In this document: positions 31,378 to 60,330 of the stretch, one piece after another
Layout: each line of letters opens with the position of its first letter
How positions within the stretch are numbered: the stretch's first letter is position 1
From: the human T2T-CHM13v2.0 reference genome, Homo sapiens
Assembly: GCF_009914755.1 (NCBI RefSeq)
Contig: NC_060936.1
Reading direction: 5' to 3' (one strand)
Length of the DNA stretch: 64,000 nucleotides
Program-made: the position numbers and the translations under genes
Notes under the pieces: generated by a model
Told to the model about the DNA's origin: nothing
Databases searched by the model: none
What the model saw: the letters and a program-made list of their open reading frames with translations, nothing else

Positions 31378-32080
31378 CTTCACATACCAACAATAATAAT
31401 AGTGACAGAAAAAATGTCATTCTGCTGTGTTTGAAAATTAAAATCCCAAAACCCAAATGTTATTGGAATAAAAGAATACATTATTGATTAATGATAAATA
31501 GATGATATATTGCTGTGGAGAGATAAAGACGATTGATAGAATAGATGAAAAGAAATACATAACTTTTATAAAGGAGGTATAGTAAAAAAAAAAAAAAGAA
31601 AAGAAAAAAGAAGGTGGAGAAGAAGAAATAGAATGAGGGAGGCAGCAAGAGGCAAATGTCATAGAGTCAATTGGACCCATGACAGATTTGAAATAGCAAC
31701 ATCTTTCACCTTTCTTCTGTTATTTAAAAATGAGAGATCCTTGAGAAACTGCCCAGTACCTATAACATAGAACGCACTCAATAAACATTTGACTAATTAA
31801 GGAATGTCATGAAGACTCTCTGAAGGTGACTGACAACAGATTGCATGTGATATAAAATGTAAAAAAAATATTAATCCATTACAAAATATCGACTTAAGAC
31901 CAAGTGCCTCAGGAAATTTCTGGTGTATTCAAAGGTGTTTATATTAAAGATCGGAAATAATTTCCTTAAATAATGTGAATCATAAAAATAGCTTAATGTC
32001 CATTTAGTGAATTTATTTCATTAGGAAGACAGCACCATATTGTACTTTCTTCTTCAGCTCCGCTTGTTTTCTTCATTAAT

Positions 32081-32112
32081 TTATCCTTTGAATTCCACAG
32101 CTTTGAAACCAG
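32081..32112 (-). CDS. CLEC7A: CLEC7A alternative exon in intron 2 giving a truncated isoform ending AGFKAVEFKG*
   Basis: Acceptor CTCCCTTACATAG|CT; in frame with exon 2 it reads A-G-F-K-A-V-E-F-K-G-stop, matching my recollection of the 77-aa isoform; donor not determined. Confidence 0.7.
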
Positions 32113-32416
32113 CTATGTAAGGGAGGTAGGAGAGCAATGTAGTTAAGAGTATGAGTTTTTTAGACAGATCACCCAAATTTCTAATCATGGTCCCACCACT
32201 AACTAGCTTATAACCCTGGAAAGGTAAAATAACCTCTCAGTCTCTCACACCCTTTATAAGTGAAATGGGCATTAACAGCACCAACCCAATACAGATAAAA
32301 CCAGATTATATACAAATTAAAGTAGATTATGCATGTCAAGCCCTTAAAAGAGTGCCTGGCACATAATAATTGCTTACTAAATTGTCTGTTGTTAATCTCC
32401 TCCACCAAATACTCAC

Positions 32417-32515
32417 CCATGGTACCCAGGACCACAGCTATCACCAGTATTACCAAGCATAGGATTCCCAAAATTACAGCAATGAGGCGCCAAGGAGGAG
32501 ATGCAGCACACGATC
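32417..32515 (-). CDS. CLEC7A: CLEC7A exon 2, transmembrane segment
   Basis: GSCAASPPWRLIAVILGILCLVILVIAVVLGTM; acceptor CTCAG|, donor G|GTGAGT; 99 nt. Confidence 0.97.
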
Positions 32516-32602
32516 CTGAGGAGCCAGAGGGGGCAGAAATGGAATAAAGAAAGAGAATGACGGATGGTGGGGCAGTTTAATTCTACAGTTCATCAAAAAT
32601 CT

Positions 32603-32876
32603 GGCCTTGCACGGTGGCTCACACCTGTAATCCCAGAAGGGAGACTGAGGTAGGAGGATTGCTTGAGGCCAGAAGCTCAAGACCAGCCTGGGCAACACAG
32701 GGAGACCCTGTCCCTACCAAAAAAAAAAAAAGAAAAACAAAGAAAGAAAAAAAAATTTAATTAGCTGGGCATTGTGGTGAGCTCCCGTAGTCCCAGCTAC
32801 TCTGGAGGCTGTGGCAGGAGGATCACTTGAGCCTAGGAATTCCAGAGCAGCATAGGCAAAAAAGTGATACCCTGTT

Positions 32877-32912
<36 letters not shown>
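32603..32912 (+). mobile_element. AluJ-like with a (CA)n microsatellite tail (~32880-32912)
   Basis: Diverged dimer followed by ~16 CA units. Confidence 0.85.
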
Positions 32913-32915
<3 letters not shown>

Positions 32916-34226
32916 CACCACCAACAACAACAAAAAATACTGGCAAATTTTTAAGTGAATTATTAATCACTGCCTAGGTTACCTGGTCACCTAGGATTTG
33001 CTGTGCTTCTCCACCAGTAAGGATACCTTCTTCTTCAATTGCTGGAATTGTAATTTCGGCACATTGGCTTGATAACTGTATGCTCCTAATTTCAGTTCCA
33101 CATTGACATCTACAGGTCTTGACATTAGTAGGATCCCTGAAATCCCACTGATTCTTAGAGGAAATAGCTTAATGTTGGGGAGATAGCACTGATTACTAAG
33201 GGTAATTTTCCCTTTTCATATGTTTGTTGCATGACCCTGGGCAAATTACTCCCTTTGTTGTTTTTTATTCCTCTTTGTGAAACTGGGGTAATAATATCTC
33301 AAAGGATTATTGCGGGAATTAAACGAGCTAACACATATAAAAGCACCTTGTTTAGAGACTGCTAGCACATGATAGGTGTGTTGTTGCAGGATACCGTTTG
33401 CCTACACATATGCATAAACATGCGCATGTCTCCCTACCTCTTGCCTCATCCACTTTTTCCACGCTTCCTCAATAGGTTGCCCAAGAAAAGAATTACATCA
33501 GTGCTGAGAGGAAAATATTTGTGCAGTGTGAATAACCAGAAAGCAGAAGAAAGCAAACTCTGGTGTCAAAACCGACAAATGATCTCTCTCTCTCAAAGAT
33601 AATAGGGAACTAATTTTGTATGAACATTGCCATAACCAGAATGTATTTCTGCTTTCCACTGTGACTAAGCTGTCAGGACATTTCATAGAATTGTCACATA
33701 GGAGAATCGTAGAGTAGGCTAAATCACCCATTCTATGAATACAGAGATCCTCCAATGCCCTTCTTTCTATTTCATTTCATTTACACTTTGTTTAAGACTC
33801 ATGTCCTGCTGGTGGGATGTTTTTATCTACCATATGTTCATATATTTTCCATCACTGGTATACCAATAATTGTTTTTTGTTTAAAAACAATTTAAATTAA
33901 TCTCTTACCACAAAAGAAAAATGTTGTTCATATATATACTTCTTTAAGTTTCCTGGCCTCCATTCGATAATCTAGCCTTTCTATCAAACAAGCAACAAGT
34001 CACTCATACAGAAATCCTTTATCTTTGTGTATTATCCCACTTATTACCAATTCCTCACTGATGAAATGTCTATATCTATAGAAAAGAGAAATTCTATTTT
34101 CTGCCATCAGACATAATTAATTTAAACACTAATAATTGGTCACTGAATAATTTTCATGAAAAAAGGTTTAGGGTGCATTCAATTTATCTTCAGTGACATC
34201 TGAAGCCTTTAAAAGTATATCCATAA

Positions 34227-34584
<358 letters not shown>

Positions 34585-34647
34585 CTCCCCTTATATCTTT
34601 TCAAACGGGAGAGCTAAAGGCACACATTAGAAAAAACATATATATAC

Positions 34648-34750
34648 CTTTCTCTGAAACAACAGCTATCCTGGTATTGCTTTGAGAGTCGAAGTGTAAT
34701 TGAGTATATCCATCTTCATCCAAATTTTCTAAATCAGGATGATATTCCAT
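34648..34750 (-). CDS. CLEC7A: CLEC7A (Dectin-1) exon 1, hemITAM tail
   Basis: MEYHPDLENLDEDGYTQLHFDSQSNTRIAVVSEK; strong Kozak ACAATGG; 103 nt; donor AAG|GTATAT. Confidence 0.97.
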
Positions 34751-35000
34751 TGTTCTTGAGAGCCCCTGAATAGATATAGCATTTGGGAGCTCTTTTCTTT
34801 CTGCTCCTGAGATGACTGTCTGTGGACAAAAGAGAATCTCTGAGTCAAATCATGTGGGCTAGGTACTTACCGGAGTTTAACAAATTAAGCTTAAGTAGTT
34901 CAACCAGATATTCAAGAGCAGGAAATGAAACTATGCTGTGGTAATTTTCCATTTGTACCTTTAGATCCTGTTTCTGAGACTGCTGACTCAGGAAAACTAA
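34751..35000 (-). promoter_or_regulatory. CLEC7A: CLEC7A 5' UTR and core promoter with AP-1 sites and an Ets-IRF composite element
   Basis: TGAGTCA 34841-34847; TGACTCA 34984-34990; GGAAATGAAA (EICE consensus GGAANNGAAA) 34921-34930. Confidence 0.6.
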
Positions 35001-35867
35001 AAGGCAGCATAGCAGATGAGTCTTTGTTTCAGACCAAATGTAAGAAAAATGCATACATTAATGTCTTATGCTGCCTTCATTACTCTCACAACTAAGTCTG
35101 ACATTAATTAATTTAACCGATGCAAACTATTTCAGTTTTGGTGCTCCAAGTTTACCATAACTTTGTTCATGTATTTATTCATGTATTTTTTAAATTACAT
35201 AAACAGGTACTGGATGCCCACCTTTTCAATTGGTAGGAGCTTACAATACAAGGAAAAATGATACCTATGAAGAAACTCATTGCTTAATAAAGGAAATATA
35301 TAGATAGGTAAATGAGGGATGGCATGAGGAGATGCATTGTTGTAACAACAGACAGAGAAAACAAATCTCTTTGGGAATTATCAGATATTAACACAAAATA
35401 ACATTTATTGAACAATTACTATGAGCTAAGTACCACATGTTGTACATATTTTCTTGTTCAATCTCACTTTTCCAAGTCTATATAGTAGGCATTATTATTT
35501 CTATTTTCAAATGAAAAAATGAGACAGAAAATTTAGCCTCTTTCTCAGGTTTAAGAAGCTAATTTTAAAAATTTAGAGCAAGGAATCAAATCAAAGCTGA
35601 CTCTTGCTGCAAAACTCGTGGTCTTTTCTGTTACGCTACACTGCCTCTTTCATCATTCCATACACTTATATTGCAAGGAACAGCTTATGGAAGGTGTTGG
35701 GACTGAAATATTATGTTAGATGTTTGATTTTTTTTCCCTCTCTTCCAGTTTCCATAGTAATGATCAAATCAAAGAAATATAGAAAACACCTAACATTGCT
35801 GGAAACTGAAGAGGTGTTCAACTCATTTATCCGACCTTGAAGCCAGTAGAGTGCAGGAGACATCTGA

Positions 35868-37197
<1,330 letters not shown>

Positions 37198-37380
37198 GTC
37201 TAACACCTATCAAAATGGAAGAGAGCTCAAGAGAGTACATAAATGAGCTTCCCGCCTTACTTAAGCTGCCACAAAAGTTTTACTAAGTTTTTGTAGACAT
37301 GTTGCAAAGTGGTAATGTGGATCTTAATCTCAACATTCATCAGTGTTTCAGTCCTATAATGCAGTGCTTGGAAAGCAGCG

Positions 37381-38003
37381 TATGAGGTTCAGGACATGCA
37401 ACCCCAAAATATGGATTCTTGGCATTTGAGAAAACAGCAGAATCAGGAAATTCACTCTCACACCTTTCCCCGTCTTTCTGCCCTGAAGCAGATCATAAGA
37501 CCCTTATTTTAGAAGTATTGTTTCCTAGAGGAAAGAAACTTCCTTATCTTTGAAGATACAGAGATGCCAAGAAGAATCTGAACAAATTAGTCTTGCTAAG
37601 CTCCCTCCAGTTTATTAGCATTAGATCATACCCTCCTTGTCCAACGTAGGGGAGAAAAAGTAGTATCTTTTCCTTGCCCATCACCAGGTTCGTGACTGAG
37701 ACCCCTATAACAAAAGACAGATTAACAAAACAAAAGCATGTAAATGTTATACGACAAGAGAGCCTTCTGAAATGAAGACGCAGGGAAAACTGAGTATTTC
37801 TACGGACAGTTATGCAGAAGTATGACTGGAGAACAAAAGGGTATAATCTAATGGTAATAAGCTGAGTAGAACTTAACAAGGCCTGTTTGTTCAGGTAACT
37901 TCTATTAAATAAATTTGGATGCTATTCTCTTGTTGATCTATGTTTTATTGTAGATGCCGTGAACCTAGCAATGAGTGAGGAAAAGGAATCTTTCACCCCT
38001 ACA
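37381..38003 (+). mobile_element. ERV1 LTR (MER34/MER39-like), probably with a second LTR fragment nested at ~37645-37893
   Basis: Start aggttcaggacatgcaaccccaaaatatgg; end tttcacccctaca. Confidence 0.55.
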
Positions 38004-38462
38004 AAGGGATACCATGGAATTTCTCAAACAGTGAATACATTGGCTCCAGGAAGAAGGGTCGACCTCTTAAATAGAAATAGAGAACTAGAGAACAATAATG
38101 AGGGGAGTACCTTGCAGTCAGTAATAAGAAGCTGTCTTTACTATCAAATCAGACCTCCAGTGGGAGAGTTTTTCCCTATAGTGACTTTGACTGTCACCCT
38201 GTGTTTAATCACAATCCTATGAAAACAGTTAACTCTCTAAGTGGTCAAAGAAATTTTTCAATAAACATAAACTTTAGTCTAATTCTCATTATTCTCCTTT
38301 TTTGTCTCTTTGTCTAAAATAAAGCAATTAAACATTAATTATGCAAATCATTGACAAACTAGAAAAACAATACCCTTCGTATTTCAAGACAGTGGGAGAG
38401 ATAGGCTGGGTATTCAGAGAAAAATACCCCTCATTAAATGTTAATGCAAGAAACAGGTGGAA

Positions 38463-41215
<2,753 letters not shown>

Positions 41216-41390
41216 TTTAATGACATTTTGATTAAAAAAGCCAAAAAAAAAAAAAAAAACCAGACATGGTGGTTCACACCTTAATCCCAACACTTTGGGA
41301 AGCCAGGGTGGGAGGATAGCTAGAGCTCGGGAGTTCATGACCAGCCTGGGCAACATGGCAAAACCCTGTCTCCGCAAAAAATACAAAAAT

Positions 41391-41954
41391 TGTTGGGAAA
41401 AGATGAGTGCTGGGAGAAGCTGAAGCAGGGCTTGCATGTCTGACATAACATAAAAGAGTGTTGGAACATGTCCAGGTCCAGAGTCTGAAACCTCTCATGG
41501 CCTTTGGAACACCAAACTCTGTGCTAAGGGTGGAAGGCTACCCTGATGCGCCATAATCTAAGCTCAGGGCATAAAACCCCTTGTGGCTTGGATAGAATCC
41601 AGGGCTCATGGCTCTCGAATGTGTCTAGACTTGCTGGCTCCTTGCTTCTCGCCCTACCAGGCTCCTAGATCGATTGTGTCTCAGAATTGGCCATATAAAT
41701 GCTAAACCATCACAGCTGTAACTCATGTGCTTAATGCAACGCTCCCTTTCGACCCCCACGTTCTCACCACCTGTTTCTTTGTTTGATCACCAATAAACAG
41801 TCTGGGCTTCCGGAGCTCGGGGCCTTCGCAGCCTCCATAACTAGTGTTGGCCCCCTGGACCCACTTTCTCTCTCAAACTGTCTTTTCTCATTCCTTTGAC
41901 TCTGTTGGACTTCGTCACCCCCACGACCTGGTGTTGGGTCCGATCACCCCAACA
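41391..41954 (+). mobile_element. ERVK-class solo LTR (LTR14 family-like) inserted in an Alu linker
   Basis: TGTTGGG...CCCAACA termini; TATAAA ~41694; AATAAA ~41792; 6-bp TSD AAAAAT at 41385-41390 and 41955-41960; host Alu arms 41259-41390 and 41955-42120. Confidence 0.85.
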
Positions 41955-42492
41955 AAAAATTAGTCGGGCATGGTGGCATGTGCCTGTAGTCCCAGCTACT
42001 CAGGAGGTTGAGGCAGGAGGATCGCTTGAGCTCAGGAGATTAAGGCTGCAGTGAGCCGAGATCCTACCACTGCACTCCAGCCTGAGCTACAGGCTGTCTC
42101 AAACAAACAAGAAAAAAGAGCAAGACAAATCAAACAGAAGAGTATGAGGCATTGTCCTAAAAGACTTCCCTGGTAGTTTAACTTCAAGCTGCAGAGCATC
42201 CTGGCAATTAGTTTTAAGTAGAGGACAAAATAACTTGACATTTCTTTTTTCTTAGGAAGTCAGATTATAATGAAAATCTAAATTGACAGAGCCAAAAAAT
42301 TCAAAAGATTCAGGAGAAGGGATTGTAGTCATGGCAATGAGAGGAGGAAAAAATAAAGAAGTACAACCAGGTATGTTAAGTAGTGAGAAAATGGAAAGAA
42401 CAGTGTAGGAGATACACATGGAGGTTTTGTGATAAGGTAAGGAACCTAGAAATAATGTTGAGAAGGAAATAGGAAGAAAAAAAGGCAATTCA

Positions 42493-43460
<968 letters not shown>

Positions 43461-43908
43461 GAGAAACCTTGGAAGAGAAGAAAAAGCATCTCCAAATGTG
43501 GGAGTCAAGAAAAAAAATGGCATAGGAAGCAAAATTCAGCTGTGTATGTTTATTTGTTTGCTTTAGGTTACCTGTGGGTCATCCCTCTTTATTTTACCCA
43601 TAGCGGCTCTGTGTTCCATTGCATTCACTTTTGTTACTTTATTGGACATCCATGTTTCAGTTCTGTATCCTATAACTCAGCATCATCTTTAGTAGAAAAA
43701 TACAGCAGAATGTGATGCAGGACAGGCCAAACAGGAAGGTCTCTGGACTGTCCCAATATTGATTCAACCAGAGCATCTCTGATGTTGCTTTTTTGATAGG
43801 TGGAAATTTTATATACAATTTCATTTAGAAAAAAAGCAATTGAGCAATGAAAATATTTGGAAGCTAGTCACCTGACAAATTCCATTCACTTTTTAAAAGA
43901 GGGATAAC

Positions 43909-46970
<3,062 letters not shown>

Positions 46971-47707
46971 TTAAACAATAAATTCAGGAAAGTATACACA
47001 TTCTGCTAAGCCAGCACAGCCCAAAGTTTACTGTATGAAATACTCTAAGGTAATTGGATATTTGAAATTACATTCACTTATATACCATCTGTTCCCATAC
47101 CAACTCAAGTTTTCTTTCAGAGCCCCAATAAACCTCAGACAAATCTCCACAATTAAAAAAAAAAAAACTGCAGAAATGCTGGATGTTACTTTTTATGGTT
47201 AGTAAAAGAAGGGCCAAGTCAGGATATGTTCCACAGCATGCTATTTTAACAACAACAACAACAAAGAATCCAAAGCAATGTTTACCAGTGCAATTAAACC
47301 TAATTAACAGGTCCTTTAGATTATTTGACCAATATGTTCTAAGAACTTAAGAATCGACAATCAAAACCAGAATATTTATAGGGCCTTAAGAAGATAAAAA
47401 AAATTAAACAAATATATGAGTAGCTAACATTTCTTGAACTCTTACCAAATTCTAGGCACATTGTGAAGGACTTTATAAACATCATTCCATTAAATCCTCA
47501 AATATCTCTGAGGTAGCTATTAGTGGTATTCCTCTTTCAGTTGAGAACTTCAAGGCATTAAGAGGGTACATAGCTTGCCTTAGACAACAGAAATGTTCAG
47601 TAATTAACTGGGATTTGAACTCAGTTCAACTTCAGAGCCCTTGTGCTTAACTATCATATTTATTTCTCATTACAGAAATGCATGCATGAACAACAGTTTA
47701 TTTACAT

Positions 47708-47885
47708 CAGGAGTCAGTAAATATCTTCTGAAAAGGGAGAGAGGGTAACCATTTTAGATTTTGCAGTCCACTTTCAGTCTTTGCTGCACATATTTTTAAT
47801 AACCCTTTTAAAATGTAAAAATTAGTCTTAGATCACAGCATGCACATAACAGCCCTCAGGCCAAGAGCTGAAGTTGTAGCCCTGA
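47708..47885. mobile_element. MER58-like hAT DNA transposon remnant
   Basis: caggagtcagtaaat...ctgaaaaggg start and gccctg end; diverged. Confidence 0.4.
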
Positions 47886-49576
47886 TTTAAATGATATAGT
47901 TGGGATCAAAAAGCAGTATATGAACTAATAGAAAGAGTTATCCCCAGGATAGATCAGATCATGGCAATTGCCTCTGAATCTAAGGTTTAAGAAAATAATG
48001 CACCAGTGTCTATAAGGATTGAAGACAGAAATAGTAAGGGCAAATGGGCAATGACTCACAGGCACTATCAGCTTGGCTAAAGAAGATAGCTCTGTCATCA
48101 ACTTTGAAATAGAAACTACCAGACACAAAGTCAAGAATCCATCTTTCAGTATTGAAGTACAATTTTTTTCCCCAGGGATACTCTCAGTTCAACTTATCTT
48201 TGTTCAATGATATCAGTAGCCCTAACAGAAAGAGAAGCTTAAATACCTAATTACAAAATAGTTATCTTGAACTTTTTCTTATAGCCACAATAGAGTAACA
48301 AGGACTCAATTCACCTTCCAAATTAAAACAAACAAAAGGATATACATATATAAAGCAATAGTTTTTAAAACACTGGCTATCAAGTAATCAAGGACAGTGA
48401 TTCCTGAGAGATGGAAAACAAGCAAGGTGAGCTCTATAATCGCCCTAGCTTACCAAGTTTAGAATGTTTCCAGGCCACACACAGGGAAGGGGAACTGAGG
48501 ATGAGGCTAGTAAACTCCATGGATTAAAGATATATAAAGCTGAAAGCCAGAGAAGAAAAAGGCAAACAGAGTTCAGAGGAGAGTACAAGAGAAGAGTAGG
48601 CTGCATCAAGAAAGAACTCAGAGATCTACAGAGGATCTTGCTTGAGGACTCAGCAGAGTTCAGATCAAAGCACAAGTGTGAGGAGCTACCAGAGGGTCCA
48701 AGGAAAGAAACATCCAAACTGATTAGAGAAAACACTTCCCAGTGCTCACACACAGCAAGGAACAGTGCCCTTTCCCAACATCAAGGCTGGAAAAGATCAT
48801 AGTTCAGTGAGGCTTTCAGTAGGATATTCAGAAACTCTTGCCTTCATAGTGGGAAATAATTAAGCCCCAGAATGAGAAATTCTTTAATATTGCCTATCAT
48901 AAAAACAATAACAGAAACGTCACACTGTTTCTATGAAACTTAAACATATCTCATAATAAAACTCATAGGAGCACAAACCTATTTAGTATCGACCAAGGTA
49001 AAATGAACAATGTCTGGCTTTCAATCAAAGATCAGCAGGCATGCAAAGAGTTACAAAAATATGACCCATAATGGGGAGAATAATAATCAAAACCAACTCA
49101 GAGGTTAGAATTAGAAGATGTAGACATTAAGATAATTAATGTGTTCAAAACATATTTATATATTTTAAAAGTTACATAGAGATGTAGAAGACAAAAAAAA
49201 AACACCAAAGTACACTTTTAGAAATGTAAATGACAAAAGATAAAATTAAAAATACACTGTAAGGTATTAATGGCAGATTGGACACCCAGAAGGAAAGATT
49301 AGTGAACCTGGAGATATAACAAGAGTCACTATTAAAAATGAAGCCCCGAGAGAATATAATTTTAAAAGGAAAAGAAAGAAAGGGAAGAAGAAAGAAAAGT
49401 AAAATAAAAGAAGGAAGGCAAGCAAGAAAGAAGGAAAAGAGGCCAGGCGCGGTGGCCCACGCCTGTAATCCCAGCACTTTGGGAGGCCGAGGCGGGTGGA
49501 TCACGAAGTCAGGAGATCGAGACCATCCTGGCTATCTAGGTGAAATCCCATCTCTACTAATAAATACAAAAAATTA

Positions 49577-49867
<291 letters not shown>

Positions 49868-51147
49868 CTAGCGCCTAATACGCGTGTATTAAATCCCTTA
49901 ACAGTGTGTGGGAGTGGGGTAGAGGTTGGAGCAGAAAACATATTTGAAAAAATAATGCTTAACATTTTCAAAGCTAATGAAAAATGTAAAACAATAGATC
50001 CAAAAGCTAAAGAACTCTGAATACAAGAAACAAACAAAAAAACTTCACCAAGGCACATCATAATAAAAAATGCATAAACCCTGTGACAAAACGAAAATAA
50101 AATATCTAACAAAAGCATAGATAATTATGTACAGAGAAACAAAGAATGATAGAATATTTGTCATAAGAAATAATACAAGTAAGAAGACTGTGGAGTAACA
50201 TTTTTGAAGTATACAAAAAAATCTGTCAGCCTAGCATTCTACACCCAGTGAAAATATCATTTAAAAGTACAGATGAAATAATAATGTTTTCAGACATCTT
50301 AAATCAGAATTAATCACAAACAGAATTTCAGTAGAGAAAACATTTAAAAAATTCTTCAGGAGGCCGGGCACGGTGGCTCACACCTGTAATCCCAGCACTT
50401 TGGGAGGCCAAGGCAGGCAGATCACAAGGTCAAGAGATCGAGACCATCCTGGCTAACATGGTGAAACCCTGTCTCTACTAAAAAATACAAAAAATTAGCC
50501 AGGCATGGTGGCAGGTGCCTGTAGTCCCAGCTACTTGGGAGGCTGAGGCAGGAGAATGGCATCAACCTGGGAGGCGGAGCTTGCAGTGAGCAGAGATCGG
50601 CCACTGCACTCCAGCCTGGGCGACAGAGCGAGACTCCGTCTAAAAAAAAAAAAAAAAAAGGAGGAAAAAGAAACAGGAAATAGATCAAAGGAGACAAATT
50701 GAAAACAAATATCAAGATGACAGACTTAAGTATAATTAATCAGAATTTCATTAAATGTAAATGTTTTAAACACCCAAAAGAAATTGTTAAATGATGTAAA
50801 ATAGCGAGCCCAAATGTTATGTCAGCTAAAAGGAATATACTCGGTTTAAAGACAAAAAAATAGGTTAAAAGTAAAAGGATAAAAAAAGATATATCATGCC
50901 AATATTAATCAAAGAAAAGCAGGAGTGGCTGTACTAATTTCAGACTAATAGATTTCAGAACAAACATTACTAACAGGAATAAAAAAGTTTACTTGGTTAG
51001 AGGTCAGTTCATCAAGAGAGAATGAAAATCCATAATATTTATGCCTTGATTATCAGAGCTTTAAAATATACAAAGCAAACCTGATAGAACTACAGGAGAA
51101 GTAGACAAAATCATAATTATCATCAAAGGTTAGATACTCCTTTTTCA

Positions 51148-51666
<519 letters not shown>

Positions 51667-52261
51667 TCAAAACTAAATAAATAAATAAAGACTTGAATCA
51701 AATTATTGTCCGCATTTATTTGATGTACATTTTAACAACATTCCATCCAACGACAACAGATTACATATTCTTTTTAAGTGTACATGGAAAATTTGCCAAG
51801 ATAGATCATATTTTTGGCCATAAAATGTCTCAATAAATTTAAGGGTTTAAGTCATTAAAAATGTTTCTTCTCACATGGAAACTAATAGTATAATGATTTC
51901 TGGAAAATTCCCAAGTATTTGGAAATTAACACATTCTAAATAATCAATGAATCAAAGAGGAAATTTGAAGGGAAATTAGAAAGTGTTTTGAACTGAATAA
52001 ATGTGAAAAATTACCATACCAGAATCTGTTGTATACCACTAAAGCAATATTTAAAGGAAAGTTTAAAGCACTGCATGACTATATAAAAAAGAAGAAATGC
52101 CTCAAATTAATGAACTCAGCTTCCATATTAAGAAACAAGAAAAAGAAGAAATTAAAACCCAACTAAGTAGAAAAAAGAAACAATAGCAATCAAAGTAGAA
52201 ATTAATGAAATAGGAAACAAAAATATATAGACAAAGTCAATGAAACAAAGAGCTTTTTTAG

Positions 52262-59130
<6,869 letters not shown>

Positions 59131-59567
59131 TGACCAAATAGCTTTTTTGAGAAGAAAAATGAAATTGATAAATCTCTAGCTAAGCCGATTAGTTTTTAAA
59201 AAAAAAGATACAATTAACACTGTCAGGAAGGAAGTGGCAATGCTAAAGATTCTACAGATATTCAAATAATTTTTAAAAATGGTATGCCAATAAATTAAAC
59301 AACTTAGATGAAGCTCATAAATTCCTTGAAAGTAACCACCAAAGCTCATTGAAGAAGGAATCCTTTGAACAGCTCAACATCTAAAAAAAACTGAATCTGG
59401 CCGGGTGCGGTGGCTCACGCCTGTAATCCCAGCACTTTGGGAGGCTGAGGCGGGCGGATCACAAGGTCAGGAGTTCGAGACCAGCCTGGCCAGCATGGTG
59501 AAACCCCGCCCCTACTAAAATACAAAAATTAGAGGGACATGGTGGCTCGCGCCTGTAATCCCAGCTA

Positions 59568-59735
<168 letters not shown>

Positions 59736-59968
59736 CTATGCCCAGATGACTTCAAGGGTAAATTGTATCAAACATTTAATGAAGAAATAGTACTAATTCT
59801 AAACCAAATCTTCCAGAAAAATTGACATTGAGAAATATTTATCTGATATTCAAATAAGGCAAAGTCATAAAGAGAAAAGAAAACTATGTTTAAAAATACT
59901 GGCCATGGCCAAGCACGGTGGCTCACACCTGTAATCCCAGCACTTTGGGGGCCTAGGCGGGCAGATCA

Positions 59969-60330
<362 letters not shown>

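Noticed and set aside
48464-48802. 112-aa charged ORF
   Set aside because: Lies in the purine-rich 5' region of the ancient L1M; no domain or splice support
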